A stretch of 63,961 nucleotides of DNA, the filler included, from Craspedostauros australis (lineage: Eukaryota): NCBI GenBank assembly GCA_030167865.1. It is 10 parts of 10 records of this genome, joined end to end, with 100 filler letters (N's around TTAATTAATTAA, not from the genome) between each part and the next. Parts side by side here need not be neighbours in the genome. Positions count along the whole stretch, not along the records: positions 53,820 to 61,886 come from JALAGF010005119.1; positions 61,987 to 63,961 come from JALAGF010005120.1; 8 more parts are not named here. One strand, given 5' to 3'. Each line of letters begins with the position of its first letter. The stretch's first letter is position 1. A program made the position numbers and the translations under genes. Below, in pieces: positions 60,566 to 63,961 of this stretch. A model generated the notes under the pieces. The model worked only from the letters and a program-made list of their open reading frames with translations, did not search any database and had not been told where the DNA came from.

Positions 60566-61609
60566 ATGATCTACACCAAGGCAGCCTTCGTCGCCTTTCT
60601 CACTCTCGCCGACACGGCGACGGTCCACGCCGTGCTCCGCGGCAACAGGACTCCTGTGGATCCAACCGAGGAACTCCACATTATGATGATGAAGACCCGC
60701 ATCCTCAAGGACAGCGACGGTGACACGAACACCGACAAGGGCAACAAGAACAACCAAGCGCCACCCACTGAAAACCCGGCTGGTGCAGAAACAACCCCAC
60801 CAACCGCGTTGCCTACCTCCCAGCCCACTCTCCTGCCAACTGCCAAACCATCAGCTGCCCCAACCGTCTTCGATTCCACCATCTCCGTTGTCTGCAAGCC
60901 GGATGGTACTACCGATCTCACAACAGAAGAGAGAAGCGCCAAAACCATCATCTGTAACTCTGCCAAGCCATCCTGCCGCGAAGCCATCACCGCCGTCAAG
61001 GAATCCGAGCAGCTGCAGAACTTCTTCGGATGTGCAGGAGACCTCAGAGAAGGAGCTGCACGCAAGCTCTTCAACAAGTACGCATCCAGCGATATCCTTG
61101 CTGGCCAATTGACCCTGGTCGCTGCCACTAACCTGATTCTCATCACTGAACGGCCAGATGCAATGAAGGAGACCTGCATGACCATCGCTGCGATGCAATC
61201 GCCTGTCGTCGCCACCCCATGCTGCCAAGGACCCTCGGGATGCATCTCAGTCACCGGTTCCGCCTCCAACTCTCCTCCATTCCTGACCATCGCCATCACA
61301 GCATGCACCGGTGACAGCGCCTGCAAGGATATGGGCCCCAATCCCCTCATTCTCGATTCCTCCTGCACCGGAGACAGTGCATGTGAGTTGATGAATGAGA
61401 ACGAGATCAACCCGTCCATCACAGGAGTCACCTTCGTCGGTGAGATGGCATGCACCACCCCTCAATCTTGCGAGGGAGTGGGACGCCGCTCCCATGGCGA
61501 TGTCACCATCCAGACTGGCGCATGTATCGGATCCGACGCATGCAATGCAGCTGGACGCCGCGTCGTGTCAGGAATCGAGGGTACGACTCTGTCGGAAAGA
61601 TACCCATGA
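60566..61609 (+). CDS. Secreted protein with RxL motif, P/T linker and CxGxxAC-type repeats
   Basis: Signal peptide MIYTKAAFVAFLTLA..., then LRG and RIL motifs and a PTALPTSQPTLLPTAKPSAAPT linker. Repeats ACTGDSAC, SCTGDSAC, ACTTPQSC and ACIGSDAC. Confidence 0.82.
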   Translation: MIYTKAAFVAFLTLADTATVHAVLRGNRTPVDPTEELHIMMMKTRILKDSDGDTNTDKGNKNNQAPPTENPAGAETTPPTALPTSQPTLLPTAKPSAAPTVFDSTISVVCKPDGTTDLTTEERSAKTIICNSAKPSCREAITAVKESEQLQNFFGCAGDLREGAARKLFNKYASSDILAGQLTLVAATNLILITERPDAMKETCMTIAAMQSPVVATPCCQGPSGCISVTGSASNSPPFLTIAITACTGDSACKDMGPNPLILDSSCTGDSACELMNENEINPSITGVTFVGEMACTTPQSCEGVGRRSHGDVTIQTGACIGSDACNAAGRRVVSGIEGTTLSERYP

Positions 61610-61986
61610 TTGCCGCAACTCCCAACATTATTTGTCACACCTTTGGATATTATTNNNNNNNNNNNNNNNNNNNNNNNNNNNNNNNNNNNNNNNNNNNNNN
61701 NNNNNNNNNNNNNNNNNNNNNNNNNNNNNNNNNNNNNNNNNNNNNNNNNNNNNNNNNNNNNNNNNNNNNNNNNNNNNNNGTGAAGGAAGATGATGACCGA
61801 CACATTGATGATCACCCCATCTGGAGATCATGGCACGTGTCAGCCAGGGACTAGAACAACTCAGAAAGGGCATCATCCATGACACCNNNNNNNNNNNNNN
61901 NNNNNNNNNNNNNNNNNNNNNNNNNNNNNNTTAATTAATTAANNNNNNNNNNNNNNNNNNNNNNNNNNNNNNNNNNNNNNNNNNNN

Positions 61987-62579
61987 CCGCTGAATATTGG
62001 CGCCTTGATGCGTTGCTTGTTCATGTTGGCTGATGTTGCCATGTTGCTTCGTTGTTTCATTGATGTTGCCTGCACGCTCATGATTTTCATTTGTTTCTGT
62101 GTGGTCACTTTTTCGATTTTTGCTCGTGTTAGCACGGAGATGTTTTTCGTCACAGATTCTCCTCTCCGTGTCGTCTTATTTGTTCTGCTCTGCTTGGCCG
62201 TGCGAATACTCTTCGTCACACCTGTCTCGTCTTCCTTGATGCCTGTGAAAATGCTCTTCTGCATGCAATGTTGTTGCATGAACTGTTCCTCTNNNNNNNN
62301 NNNNNNNNNNNNNNNNNNNNNNNNNNNNNNNNNNNNNNNNNNCTTCGTCACACCTGTCTCGTCTTCCTTGATGCCTGTGAAAATGCTCTTCTGCATGCAA
62401 TGTTGTTGCATGAACTGTTCCTCTTCAATCTCGTTGATCGCGCTTCCTTCTGTGCTAGAGAGGACAGTGGACGCGCCCTCTTCCTTCTGTGGTTGAGGTG
62501 GAGTCTCACTTGCACCTTCTTCTTGCTTGATAGTTGGATTGGACAGAGGGATGTCTTTCAATTCCTCTTCCTTGCTCAT
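61987..62579 (-). mobile_element. Probable gag N-terminus of the family A retroelement
   Basis: The ORF starts ~80 bp inside of LTR A copy 3 and reaches KAPIFSG (gag-type PxFSG) at the scaffold edge. Confidence 0.55.
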
Positions 62580-62660
62580 TCAGCCTGCTGCTCTTGAATG
62601 ATGTTGTCTTCCTTGCACAATCCAATCCGTGGGCTTGCCCTGATCTAACGTTTATAATCG

Positions 62661-63364
62661 TGTTGGCAAGTTTTGCAAACGGATACCTTGCAATCGTGGA
62701 AGATGGTGTTGTTGNNNNNNNNNNNNNNNNNNNNNTATTTCATTACGTTGCTACTCCAATTCTCTTGGTGTACTCTGTTTCTTTGACCAATGCTCTTGGC
62801 GCATCTGTTTGATGGTCCGACTAGGAGTTGGTATGCGAGCTACTCTCTCGCTCTTGCTCATGTTCTCTCTCTCTCTCTCTCTTTGTATTGCATGTTCACA
62901 CCATGCAATATTCCATATTCAATGCGTACTCCGCATTTCGCTATCTACAGGCTCACTACTCCATGAGGAATTGCCAATGCATCCACACTGTATTCCTCCT
63001 TGCACACTTACAATCTTGATGTCCCTTGGCCATCAAATCTTTGCATCCTTGATCTGATGTGGAGACAGATGTTGACGTGGTGACACAATGGCATCTTGTC
63101 AACATCAGCTGTCAGATTCCAAGGTCCTTGTCATTCCACATTCCATCGATGATGTGATGGGTCAGCGAGGGTATTGTCATTTGAGGTTTAGTTGGGAAGT
63201 ATATTGATCCAGACTTGATATCACATGTTTTGTTGATGGATGGATGAATGATGTTCCTGATACTCTCAGAAATTGTTGTTTACAGATTTCCTCCAGAAAT
63301 TCTGTTCGTTTTGTGTGTTCCATTTCGTGATGTGATTTTGGCAAATCACAGTTCACTCATGACA
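62661..63364 (-). mobile_element. LTR family A, copy 3 (apparently complete, ~700 bp)
   Basis: On the minus strand it reads TGTCATGAG...CTTGCCAACA, and it is colinear with copies 1 and 2. Confidence 0.8.
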
Positions 63365-63961
63365 CGAATGTAGTTGTACCATCCGTAGACGANTATAAGA
63401 GAACAACGGGTGAGCGATGCACATACACGAATGTACATCTCNACACAGGTGTCAACGATATCTCTACAGGCACATTGGTGTGACAGGGATGGATGGATGG
63501 GTGTTTGTTGAATGTCAAGTATTGCACATCTGAGTATGAGAGGGTGGGGGACTGTTGTGTTGAAGTATATTTATTGTTGGGGATTGTTTGTTGGCATGGC
63601 TTGGGTTCTTGGCATGGCATGCTTCTTCTTTCACTCTTGATCCCACTGCTGCATGAGCTACACAATTGCTCCACGGATGAAGTTGAGTTGNAAGGGCAGG
63701 AGGGAGGAGGCAGTGTTGATTGGTGGTCTTGTCAACGAGTTTCTGAATGGTTGTGTTCAGAGTAGAGCATGGATTGCCACACACAAGAAACCAACGCTTT
63801 TCCTCGTTGCCAACAGCGCGAGTACGCCACGTATCAAAGTGCTCAATTATTGGCATTATCGTCCGTATTTTTGAGCCGTGGCTGCTGTTTGGACAGAAAG
63901 CAACATGAAGAGACAAGAATCATGCATTGATTGGCACACACAAGTTACAAAAAGAGAGAGA

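Noticed and set aside
62209..62424. Apparent internal repeat in the gag-like ORF
   Set aside because: An identical duplication flanking a 50-N gap, so an assembly overlap artefact.

Overview
Eukaryotic draft-assembly sequence, almost certainly a diatom (probably raphid pennate). This is inferred from ASAFAP-type bipartite plastid presequences, CoDi-like Ty1/copia elements, an RxL-type secreted protein and GT-AG introns. The window is not one locus: ten scaffold pieces are joined by artificial 100-bp spacers (44 N + TTAATTAATTAA + 44 N). The main feature is a >14.9-kb minus-strand reading frame (about 5,000 aa, both ends missing) encoding an acidic Pro/Ser/Thr-rich mucin-like protein. It has three tandem-repeat domains (19-aa, 22-aa and 83-aa units), and the roughly 165 copies of the 22-aa unit mostly carry two N-X-T glycosylation sequons each. 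The rest comprises nested and decayed copia LTR elements and other repeats, a bZIP gene with a TGACGT-rich promoter, and a gene-dense 37-50 kb block. That block holds two divergent glycosyltransferase-like genes, a FAM210-like gene, prohibitin and three plastid-targeted genes. Also present are an LRR remnant, a truncated xylitol-dehydrogenase-like SDR, an orphan ORF and a secreted Cys-repeat protein. Family assignments come from motif recall, not database searches.
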